From: an uncultured Flavobacteriales bacterium
GTDB taxonomy: Bacteria > Bacteroidota > Bacteroidia > Flavobacteriales_D > CAJJDF01
Reading direction: 5' to 3'
Length of the DNA stretch: 56,001 bases
Assembly: GCA_938009745.1 (NCBI GenBank)
Contig: CALLII010000012.1
Coordinates: forward strand, 1-56,001
This document shows positions 37,018-45,062 of the stretch, piece after piece. Within the stretch, counting starts at the first letter, position 1. Every line of letters starts with the position of its first letter. Made by a program: the position numbers and the translations under genes. The notes under the pieces were generated by a model. The model was not told where the DNA came from. It worked only from the letters and a program-made list of their open reading frames with translations, and did not search any database.

Positions 37018-38595
37018 TTGCCTCATACTATTTCAGATATAATTGATTTTTCTCCCTTCAAAAAAAAGAATGGAGTAATCTACATTTCGGAAGTTGAGCA
37101 GGAATTTGAATCACTTTATATTGATACTCGAGATAAAGAATCTAGAGTTTTATCAGATGATGAAGTTAAGCTTTTACCAAAAACCAGTTCTGTTTATAAA
37201 TTACACAATGAATGGGAATTAAGAGAAAATACCACAACTCGATTTTCATCCTATTTAGTTAAAAAAGACGTAAAAAACATATTAGATTTAGGTTGTGGAA
37301 ATGGTTGGTTTACAGCTGCAATGGCAAAAGTAAAACCAAACTCTAATGTTATTGGAGTTGATTTAAATATAACAGAATTAGAGCAGGCAGCTCGCATCTT
37401 TAGTTCAGAAAGTATTAAGTTTTTGTATCACAATATTTTTGATGAATCAACAATGTTTAATAATAAATTCGACTTAATTACATTAAATGCTTCTGTTCAA
37501 TATTTTCCTGACTTTGATATTTTATTTGATAAATTAAAAGAGTTTTTAATACCAAATGGAGAAATTCATATTCTGGATTCTCCCTTTTATGGTTCTAATG
37601 AAATTATGAAAGCTGAGGAAAGAACTAAATTCTACTACAAAAGTTTAGGTAATGAAAAACTAAGTGACTATTATTTTCATCACAACATAAACTCTACTAA
37701 AAGCTTTGATGTTCTTTATAAACCTAAAAATGGAAAATGGGCGAAATTATTTAATAGCAATCAATCACCTTTTTTATGGTTAAAGTATATCAATAATGAG
37801 CAAGAAACTTCGGTTAAAAAAGGATTCTCTAAAATTGCTCAAGAATATGAGGACTTAGAAGAAAACTCTACTTTAATTCAGTATAAAAGAAAAAAAATAC
37901 GGGCGCATTTACTCACTAGGTTAGAGCCAAATAGTTCGGTTTTAGAGATAAACTGTGGTTCTGGATTAGATGCACTTTATCTCGCCAAAAAAGGACATAA
38001 AGTTTTGGCAACAGATATTGCAGAAGGGATGCTTAAGGAGGTTGAAACTAAAATAGCTATCAATAATTTACAAGAAAACCTAAGCTGTAAAAAACTATCG
38101 TTTGAGAATTTAAGAAGCTTTGAAGAAGAACAGTTTGGAGGATTGTTTTCTAATTTTGGAGGATTAAATTGTATTGATTTTCCTGCTTTGACTGATATTT
38201 TAAAAGATGCAAGTAAGATTATAAAACCGAACGGAGTAATCACTTTAGTTATAATGCCAAAAATTACTTTTTACGAATGGTTTAAGATTTTTAAAGGAAA
38301 AAAATCCGCTTTTAGGAGATTAAAAAAAGGAGGAGTGATTGCAAATGTTGAGGGAGAAAAAGTAAGAACTTTCTATCATTCAGCCCAAGCTGTAAGTAAA
38401 ATCTTAAAAAAAGATTTTAAAGAAATTAAAGTAGAAAATGTGTTTACAATTGGCCCCTCTGGTAGCTCATATAACTTTCCTGTAAACCACAAAAGATCAT
38501 TTATTTTCCTTACTAAATTTGATGCTTTTTGCAACAGAACAGGATTTCTGAAGGGTTTTGGTGATTATTATGTAATTAGTGCCAAAAAGAAATAA
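37018..38595 (+). CDS. Tandem (two-domain) class I SAM-dependent methyltransferase
   Basis: Two SAM motif-I sequences, LDLGCGNGW and LEINCGSGLD, each followed by an acidic beta2 residue (GVDL, ATDI); FSNFGGLNC in domain 2; TTG start. Confidence 0.85.
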   Translation: MPHTISDIIDFSPFKKKNGVIYISEVEQEFESLYIDTRDKESRVLSDDEVKLLPKTSSVYKLHNEWELRENTTTRFSSYLVKKDVKNILDLGCGNGWFTAAMAKVKPNSNVIGVDLNITELEQAARIFSSESIKFLYHNIFDESTMFNNKFDLITLNASVQYFPDFDILFDKLKEFLIPNGEIHILDSPFYGSNEIMKAEERTKFYYKSLGNEKLSDYYFHHNINSTKSFDVLYKPKNGKWAKLFNSNQSPFLWLKYINNEQETSVKKGFSKIAQEYEDLEENSTLIQYKRKKIRAHLLTRLEPNSSVLEINCGSGLDALYLAKKGHKVLATDIAEGMLKEVETKIAINNLQENLSCKKLSFENLRSFEEEQFGGLFSNFGGLNCIDFPALTDILKDASKIIKPNGVITLVIMPKITFYEWFKIFKGKKSAFRRLKKGGVIANVEGEKVRTFYHSAQAVSKILKKDFKEIKVENVFTIGPSGSSYNFPVNHKRSFIFLTKFDAFCNRTGFLKGFGDYYVISAKKK

Positions 38596-38692
38596 TAACT
38601 CAATTCAATATTGTTTATCTTGTAAGCACAAATTACACTATCCCATCGGTTAGTATAAAAAACTGATAATTAGATTTTACTAAACTTATTAA

Positions 38693-39778
38693 ATGAGTAC
38701 AGCAGACGTTTTAAAAAATTTAAATAAAAAAGTGCTTCCACAGAAGTACTTATTCCCACCTGCTTATATAGTTTTAGGTGTAAATAATGTATGCAACTTA
38801 CATTGTAAAATGTGTGATGTTGGGACAAAAAATCTTGATAGTAATTTTGCTCAGAACTTAGTTGGAACCCACCCAATAAACATGCCTTTAGAGCTAATTT
38901 CTAATGTGATAAATCAAACTGCCGAGTATTTTCCTAAGACTAAGTTGGCTTATGCTTTTACAGAACCAATTGTATATCCTCATTTAATTGAATCTTTACA
39001 ATTAGCCAGAGATAAAAACTTATATACATCAGTCACTACTAATGCATTAAGTTTAAAACAAAAAGCCATTCAATTATCAGAAGTTAAATTAGATGAATTA
39101 TTTATTTCATTGGATGGTCCACAAGATATTCATAATGAAATAAGAGGGCACAAGAAATCTTTTCAGAAAGCAATTGAAGGAATAGAATTGATTTCTGCAC
39201 AAAAACATGTTCCAAAAATATCAGTAATTTGTGCAATTACTGAATGGAATATTGGGCATTTAAAAGAATTGTTAACCGCATTGAAACCTTATCCAATCCA
39301 TGAAATTGGGTTTATGCATACTCAGTTTAATACTAAAGAATCAGCTCAAATTCACAATGAATCAAAATGGGGCATAGACTATCCAACCTATGATTCAAAT
39401 GTTGATTTGATAGATTTTTCTAAAATGGACTTGGAATTATTATACAAAGAGATAAAAGAAATTAAAAGTGATTTATACCCATTCAACATATTTTTTTCGC
39501 CTGAACTCCAGTCTATGGCAGCATTGAAAAATTATTATTTCAATACAACAAAATTCATAGGGAAATCATGCAATGCAGTATTTACAAATTTGATGATAAA
39601 ATCGGATGGAAGTGTAATACCTGCTCATGGAAGATGTTATAATCTTTCAGTAGGAAATATTTATGAATCTTCATTAAAACAGATTTGGCAATCGGAAGTG
39701 TTATCAAAATTAAGAAAAGATCTTAGTTCAGCAGGAGGATTATTCCCTGGTTGTAGTAGATGTTGTAGTGCAGTTTAA
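38693..39778 (+). CDS. Radical SAM protein with C-terminal Twitch/SPASM-like domain
   Basis: CNLHCKMC (CxxxCxxC), TTNA, ISLDG..HNEIRG; C-terminal C...DGSV...RC...GNI...IW...CSRCC. Confidence 0.88.
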   Translation: MSTADVLKNLNKKVLPQKYLFPPAYIVLGVNNVCNLHCKMCDVGTKNLDSNFAQNLVGTHPINMPLELISNVINQTAEYFPKTKLAYAFTEPIVYPHLIESLQLARDKNLYTSVTTNALSLKQKAIQLSEVKLDELFISLDGPQDIHNEIRGHKKSFQKAIEGIELISAQKHVPKISVICAITEWNIGHLKELLTALKPYPIHEIGFMHTQFNTKESAQIHNESKWGIDYPTYDSNVDLIDFSKMDLELLYKEIKEIKSDLYPFNIFFSPELQSMAALKNYYFNTTKFIGKSCNAVFTNLMIKSDGSVIPAHGRCYNLSVGNIYESSLKQIWQSEVLSKLRKDLSSAGGLFPGCSRCCSAV

Positions 39779-39787
39779 ATAATTAAA

Positions 39788-41308
39788 GTGAAAAATAAAA
39801 TAATAATATTCAATCCGAGAAGTGCTAATGCAAAGCATAGAATTCCTAACTCTATACTTCAAGTTGGAGCATCTATTCATGGTAAATTTGAGTACGTATT
39901 TGTAGACGGAAACTTAGAGAAAGATCCTTATAAAACAATTGAAAACTATTTTAAAACAGGAGAATTCAAATACTTCTGTTCTACAGTAATGCCAGGTCCT
40001 CAGTTACAGCAGGCAATACCTTTCACTAAAAAAATAAAAGAACAATTTCCAGATTCAATTACAGTTTGGGGAGGATATTTTGCAGCAAACCAATATAAGG
40101 TTTCTATCAATTCTGGATATGTAGATTATATCGTGAGTGGTCCCGGAGATGTTGCTTTTCCATCCTTGATAGGGGCTTTAGAAGAAAACAAGTTGGATGA
40201 GATACCTAAAATCAAAAATCTTATTTACTTAGAAGAGAACAATACTATAACAAAAACCGTTAAAGAGGCTTTATTGAACCAAGACAAATTACCCGATTTA
40301 CCTTACGAATACCTCAATGAATTTTATCCTCTTGAAGGATATTTATCTAAGACTTTCATGGGTAAGAAAACATTTGCATATCACTCTAGTATGGGATGTC
40401 CTTTCTCCTGTTCGTTTTGTGCGGTAGTGCCAATTTACAATGCAAGATGGCAAGGAAAATCAGCAGAGTCTATTTATAAAGACGTTAAGTTTTTTAAAGA
40501 TTCATATGGAATTGATGCAATAGAATTTCACGACAACAACTTTTTTACTTCTCGAAAAAGGGTAATGGCTTTTTGTGAATTAGTAAAGGATGATGGAATT
40601 CAGTGGTGGGGAGAAGGAAGAATAGATACATTAAATAAATATTCAGATGAAGAACTGAAATTAATGCGTGAAGCAGGTTGCGTAATGATATTTTTGGGTG
40701 CTGAAACAGGAAATGATGAAGTGCTAAAGCAAATGAATAAAGGAGGCACTCAAACTGGAGCTATGATTGAGGAGTTTGTACTAAGAATGAAAAAAGCAGA
40801 CATTATTCCAGAATTATCTTTCGTTTTGGGATTACCTTTAGAAACTGAAAAACAAGTATTTGACCAAATAAACTGGGATATTAATTTTATTAAAAAGATT
40901 AAAAAAATAAACTCACAAGCAGAGATTATTATTTATTTATACAGTCCTGTTCCAACTGAAGGCTCGGAACTTTATAAAACCATAACTGAAGCAGGGTTTA
41001 ACTTTCCAGAGAAATTAGAAGATTGGATTTCGCCAGTTTGGGAAAATTTTGACTTAAGAAAAAATCCTCTTACACCATGGTTAACTCCTAAAATGATAAG
41101 TCGAATTAAAGATTTTGAAACGGTATTACAAGGAGTTTTCCCTACAGTATCGGATTTTAGAGTAACTAAACTTAAAAGAGCAATAGTAAGAACTACTGCT
41201 GTTGCAAGATATAAATTAGGATGGTATTCTTACCCCTATGAAATAAAAGCATGGCTTAAGATATGGAAATACCGTCAGCCAGAAATTGAAGGATTTTATT
41301 CTGAATAA
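39788..41308 (+). CDS. B12-binding domain radical SAM protein (class B methyltransferase-like)
   Basis: N-terminal Rossmann-like B12 domain (VWGG...DYIVSGPGD), SSMGCPFSCSFC, FHDNNF, GAETG; GTG start. Confidence 0.88.
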   Translation: MKNKIIIFNPRSANAKHRIPNSILQVGASIHGKFEYVFVDGNLEKDPYKTIENYFKTGEFKYFCSTVMPGPQLQQAIPFTKKIKEQFPDSITVWGGYFAANQYKVSINSGYVDYIVSGPGDVAFPSLIGALEENKLDEIPKIKNLIYLEENNTITKTVKEALLNQDKLPDLPYEYLNEFYPLEGYLSKTFMGKKTFAYHSSMGCPFSCSFCAVVPIYNARWQGKSAESIYKDVKFFKDSYGIDAIEFHDNNFFTSRKRVMAFCELVKDDGIQWWGEGRIDTLNKYSDEELKLMREAGCVMIFLGAETGNDEVLKQMNKGGTQTGAMIEEFVLRMKKADIIPELSFVLGLPLETEKQVFDQINWDINFIKKIKKINSQAEIIIYLYSPVPTEGSELYKTITEAGFNFPEKLEDWISPVWENFDLRKNPLTPWLTPKMISRIKDFETVLQGVFPTVSDFRVTKLKRAIVRTTAVARYKLGWYSYPYEIKAWLKIWKYRQPEIEGFYSE

Positions 41309-41971
41309 ATGAGAAATTTAATTAAAAAAATAGCTCATCCTTTTCTAAAGTTTCTTTCGTTTAAGTTCCATAGCAAACCAAGAAAATATTCATACAAAGA
41401 AATATCTGTTTTGGTCCATCCCGAAGTTTTTCCACCTCACTTTACAATCAGCACAAAGATTTTATTGGATTACATTAATGAGCTGGATTTAACTAACAAA
41501 TCAGTTTTGGAATTAGGTTGTGGTTCAGGTATTATTTCTTTGTTTGCAGCTTCTAAGGGAGGAGTTGTAACGGCAAGTGATATAAACCCTATAGCAATAG
41601 ATTTTTTAAATAAAGCTGCCAGTAAAAATGAGCTAAAAGTTAATGCTTTAGTCTCCGATTTATTTCAAAATATTTCACAAAAAGAATTCGATTATATTAT
41701 AATTAATCCACCTTATTACCCCAAGAATCCTTCAGAAATGAAAGAGATGGCTTGGTTTTGCGGAGAGGATTTTATTTATTTCGAAAATCTGTTTATTCAA
41801 TTAGCATCCTTTGTTCCCAATTCTACCATTTTAATGATATTATCAGAAGATTGTGAAATTGAAACAATTAAGGCAATTGCAAGTAAAAATAAACTTGAAT
41901 TTCTGAAAGTGCATGAGACAAAAGTTTCGTTTGAACGGAATTTCATATTTTCAATTACAAAAACAGACTAA
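41309..41971 (+). CDS. HemK/PrmC-like methyltransferase (NPPY type)
   Basis: VFPP, LELGCGSGIISL, SDINP, SDLF, INPPYY; abuts the B12-rSAM stop. Confidence 0.82.
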   Translation: MRNLIKKIAHPFLKFLSFKFHSKPRKYSYKEISVLVHPEVFPPHFTISTKILLDYINELDLTNKSVLELGCGSGIISLFAASKGGVVTASDINPIAIDFLNKAASKNELKVNALVSDLFQNISQKEFDYIIINPPYYPKNPSEMKEMAWFCGEDFIYFENLFIQLASFVPNSTILMILSEDCEIETIKAIASKNKLEFLKVHETKVSFERNFIFSITKTD

Positions 41972-41976
41972 AATAC

Positions 41977-41984
41977 TATCTTTG
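41977..41984 (+). promoter_or_regulatory. -7 promoter element for the VOC gene
   Basis: TATCTTTG exact match, 23 nt before ATG 42008. Confidence 0.7.
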
Positions 41985-42007
41985 CAACCTAATTCAAAAC
42001 CAACAAA

Positions 42008-43066
42008 ATGGAGAAGATAATTAGTGGAATCCAGCAAATGGGAATTGGAGTTCCTGATGTAGAGAAAATATTTGCTTGGTACCGAGAAATGTTTGGGATA
42101 GATATCAAAGTGTTTGAAGAAGCTGCGGAAGCTCCTTTGATGATTGATTATACAGGCAACAAAGTACAAAGTCGTACTGCAACTCTTGCATTGAACATGG
42201 AGAGTGGAGGTGGTTTTGAGATATGGCAATACACTTCTCGTAATACCGAAAAAGCTGAATTTGATATTCAATTGGGCGATTTAGGTATCTACAGCTGCAA
42301 GATTAAGTCAAGAGATGTAAAAGCAACTTTTAATTTTTTAACTAAAAAGGGAGTAGATATTTTAGGAGATATTACTAAGAATCCTGTTGGAGAAGAAAAC
42401 TTTTTTGTAAAAGATCCTAATGGAAACATATTTAACATAGTAGAAGGAAAAGGATTTTTTGTAGATACCAAGCATCCAGCAAAAACTGGTGGAGTTGCAG
42501 GAGCAATCCTGGGAGTATCTGATATGGAAAAATCATTGAAGCTATACCAAGATGTTCTGGGTTACGAAACCATTGATTTTGATGAAACAGCAGAATTTTC
42601 CTGTTTCAAAGGATTGCCATCTGGAGGAAAAACTTTCCGTAGAGTTCAATTGTCACACAAGAAAGACAAAGTAGGAGCATTTGCAAAATTATTAGGCCCA
42701 ACTACAATTGAATTAGTTCAAGAAATAGGAGGGAACCCAAGAAAAATATTTGAAAACAGATTTTGGGGAGATTGGGGATTCATTCACTTATGTTTTGATG
42801 TACAAAGAATGGATATGCTTAAAAAAGACTGTGAATCTGCAGGATTTCCTTTTACAGTAGATAGTGACAACTCATTCGATATGGGAGAAGCAGCAGGAAG
42901 GTTTTCTTACATAGAAGACCCAGATGGAGCGCTTATTGAGTTTGTAGAAACTCACAAAGTTCCACTAATGAAAAAAATAGGTTGGTACATTAATCTCAAA
43001 AAGAGAGATCCAGAAAAGAGCCTGCCAACTTGGATGCTTAAAGCCATGAAAATGAGCCGAGTTTAA
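42008..43066 (+). CDS. VOC (glyoxalase/bleomycin-resistance) family protein with two domains
   Basis: GIQQMGIGVPD, FVKDPNGN, LGVSDMEKSLKLY, HLCFDV, YIEDPDGALIEFVE. Confidence 0.85.
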   Translation: MEKIISGIQQMGIGVPDVEKIFAWYREMFGIDIKVFEEAAEAPLMIDYTGNKVQSRTATLALNMESGGGFEIWQYTSRNTEKAEFDIQLGDLGIYSCKIKSRDVKATFNFLTKKGVDILGDITKNPVGEENFFVKDPNGNIFNIVEGKGFFVDTKHPAKTGGVAGAILGVSDMEKSLKLYQDVLGYETIDFDETAEFSCFKGLPSGGKTFRRVQLSHKKDKVGAFAKLLGPTTIELVQEIGGNPRKIFENRFWGDWGFIHLCFDVQRMDMLKKDCESAGFPFTVDSDNSFDMGEAAGRFSYIEDPDGALIEFVETHKVPLMKKIGWYINLKKRDPEKSLPTWMLKAMKMSRV

Positions 43067-43070
43067 TAAT

Positions 43071-43170
43071 AAGAAAGAAACAAGAGAAAAGAAATAAGAA
43101 GCAAGAGAAAAGAATGTTACAAGAGCTAACATAACTTAAATTCTATAATTCTAGATTCTAACATTCTAAG
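43071..43170. repeat. Two short-period tandem repeat tracts upstream of gltX
   Basis: Six heptamers ending in AAG (AAGAAAG AAACAAG AGAAAAG AAATAAG AAGCAAG AGAAAAG; 43071-43112), then ATTCTA four times at 7-8 nt spacing (43140-43168). Confidence 0.7.
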
Positions 43171-43179
43171 AAGAAAAAT

Positions 43180-44691
43180 ATGTCAGAAAAAGTAAGAGTA
43201 AGATTTGCACCAAGCCCAACAGGACCACTTCATATAGGAGGAGTAAGAACAGCATTGTTCAATTATTTATTTGCTAAACAACACGGAGGAGATTTTATAC
43301 TTCGAATAGAAGATACAGATCAAAAAAGATTTGTTGAAGGAGCAGAGGAATATGTAATTAACTCATTGAAATGGGCAGGAATTCCTCATAACGAGGGGCA
43401 AGGAGTAGGAGGAGAATATGGTCCTTACAAGCAAAGCGAAAGAATGCATTTATATAAGGAATATGCAGATTTTTTGTTGGATAACGACAGAGCTTATTAT
43501 GCTTTTGATTCATCAGAAGAATTAACAGAAGCAAGAGAAAGAAGCCAGAAAGAAGGAAAAACTTTTGCTTATGATGCAATTACTCGACAGTATTTAAAAA
43601 ACTCGACAAGCTTATCGGCAGATGAGGTTACACAAAGAATTGAAAGTGGTGAGAATTACGTTATCAGAATGAAGCTTCCGAGAAATGAAGAAGTAAGATT
43701 TCATGATGAAATTAGAGGATGGGTAGTAGTTAATACTGCCAATATGGATGATAAAGTTTTATTCAAATCGGATGGATTACCAACTTATCATTTAGCCAAT
43801 ATTGTAGACGATCACTTAATGAAAATTACTCATGTAATTAGAGGAGAAGAATGGTTGCCATCTGCACCACTTCACGTATTGTTATACCAGTATTTAGGAT
43901 GGGAAGACTCTATGCCAAAGTTTGCTCACTTACCATTAATCCTAAAGCCAGATGGTAAAGGGAAATTAAGCAAAAGAGACGGAGCAAAAGGAGGTTTTCC
44001 AGTATTCCCATTAGAATGGAAAGACCCTGCTTCAGGAGAAATTTCTGCAGGTTACAGAGAAGATGGATATTTTAAAGAAGCTTTTGTAAATATGTTGGCT
44101 TTTTTGGGATGGAATCCTGGGACAGAGCAAGAGATATTTAGTTTAGATGAATTGGTTCAAGCTTTTTCTTTGGAAAGAGTAGGGAAGTCTGGAGCAAAAT
44201 TTGACCCAGTAAAAACAAAATGGTTCAACGAGCAATTTTTAAGAATGAAATCTAACGAAGAGTTAGCCTCATTATTAAAGCCTTTATTAGATGTTGAAGT
44301 AGAAGATGAATACTTATCTAAAGTTTCGGAGTTATTGAAAGAGAGAGCTGTTTTTGTTGCTGATATGACCGAAGATGACTTTTATTTTAAAGCTCCTTCA
44401 GAATTTGATGCTAAAACTATTAAAAAGAAGTGGAAAGAAACTACTCCAGCAATTATTGAAGCATTAATTGTAAAGTTCGAAGAAATAACTGATTTTTCTG
44501 CAGAAAATGTTGAGGTAGCTTTTAAGGATTACCTAACAGATAATGAACTAGGGATGGGTGCTGTGTTGCCTAATTTCAGGGTTTTAGTTACTGGTAAAGG
44601 AATGGGGCCTTCAATGTTCCAGATTGCAGCTATACTTGGGAAACAAGAGACTGTAGATAGATTAAAGTCTGGTTTACAAAAGGTTAATTAA
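43180..44691 (+). CDS. gltX: Glutamate--tRNA ligase
   Basis: RVRFAPSPTGPLHIGG, LRIEDTD, THVIRGEEW, KLSKR. Confidence 0.97.
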   Translation: MSEKVRVRFAPSPTGPLHIGGVRTALFNYLFAKQHGGDFILRIEDTDQKRFVEGAEEYVINSLKWAGIPHNEGQGVGGEYGPYKQSERMHLYKEYADFLLDNDRAYYAFDSSEELTEARERSQKEGKTFAYDAITRQYLKNSTSLSADEVTQRIESGENYVIRMKLPRNEEVRFHDEIRGWVVVNTANMDDKVLFKSDGLPTYHLANIVDDHLMKITHVIRGEEWLPSAPLHVLLYQYLGWEDSMPKFAHLPLILKPDGKGKLSKRDGAKGGFPVFPLEWKDPASGEISAGYREDGYFKEAFVNMLAFLGWNPGTEQEIFSLDELVQAFSLERVGKSGAKFDPVKTKWFNEQFLRMKSNEELASLLKPLLDVEVEDEYLSKVSELLKERAVFVADMTEDDFYFKAPSEFDAKTIKKKWKETTPAIIEALIVKFEEITDFSAENVEVAFKDYLTDNELGMGAVLPNFRVLVTGKGMGPSMFQIAAILGKQETVDRLKSGLQKVN

Positions 44692-44794
44692 TTGTTAACC
44701 TGTCAAATGTTAAAATTTGATAACTTTTGTTAAGACCATGCAATAGTTCATCTTTTTTGACGTATTTTAGATTCAACAAAAAAAGGCGATAACT

Positions 44795-44980
44795 ATGTTA
44801 GAACTAAGTAAAACTATTCTCAGTAAAATCAGTTTCGACAAATATCTTTTCAGGAAAGAGCTTAAGAAAGCAGTAAAATGGGTTAAACCAAATGAAGCTT
44901 TAGTCCTTAAAGTATGGTGCTTAGCTCAATTCGGTCACATGTACAAAGATGTGATTTTAGAAGTATTTGATGCGAACTAA
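44795..44980 (+). CDS. Small conserved-looking hypothetical protein
   Basis: 61 aa MLELSKTILSKISFDKYLFRKELKKAVKW..., a pattern I recall from small Bacteroidota proteins; followed by a terminator. Confidence 0.7.
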   Translation: MLELSKTILSKISFDKYLFRKELKKAVKWVKPNEALVLKVWCLAQFGHMYKDVILEVFDAN

Positions 44981-45002
44981 AAAATTATAAATCATTAAAA
45001 AT

Positions 45003-45040
45003 AAAAAACCCGACTCGATATTATCGAGTCGGGTTTTTTT
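45003..45040. terminator. Bidirectional intrinsic terminator
   Basis: AAAAAACCCGACTCGATA-T-TATCGAGTCGGGTTTTTTT between convergent genes. Confidence 0.9.
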
Positions 45041-45062
45041 GTACTAAATTCTTATTAGATAT

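Noticed and set aside
38596-38692. Possible RiPP precursor or cobalamin riboswitch within the radical SAM cluster
   Set aside because: The 97-nt AT-rich gap has no credible short ORF and no B12-box-like sequence, and it is too short for a typical cobalamin riboswitch.
38670-38876. Antisense 68-aa ORF as a precursor peptide for the SPASM-like enzyme
   Set aside because: It overlaps the radical SAM gene on the opposite strand and shows no leader/core pattern.
43067-43179. CRISPR array or T-box leader upstream of gltX
   Set aside because: The repeats are 7-8 nt and tandem with no spacers, there are no cas genes, and no T-box consensus is present.
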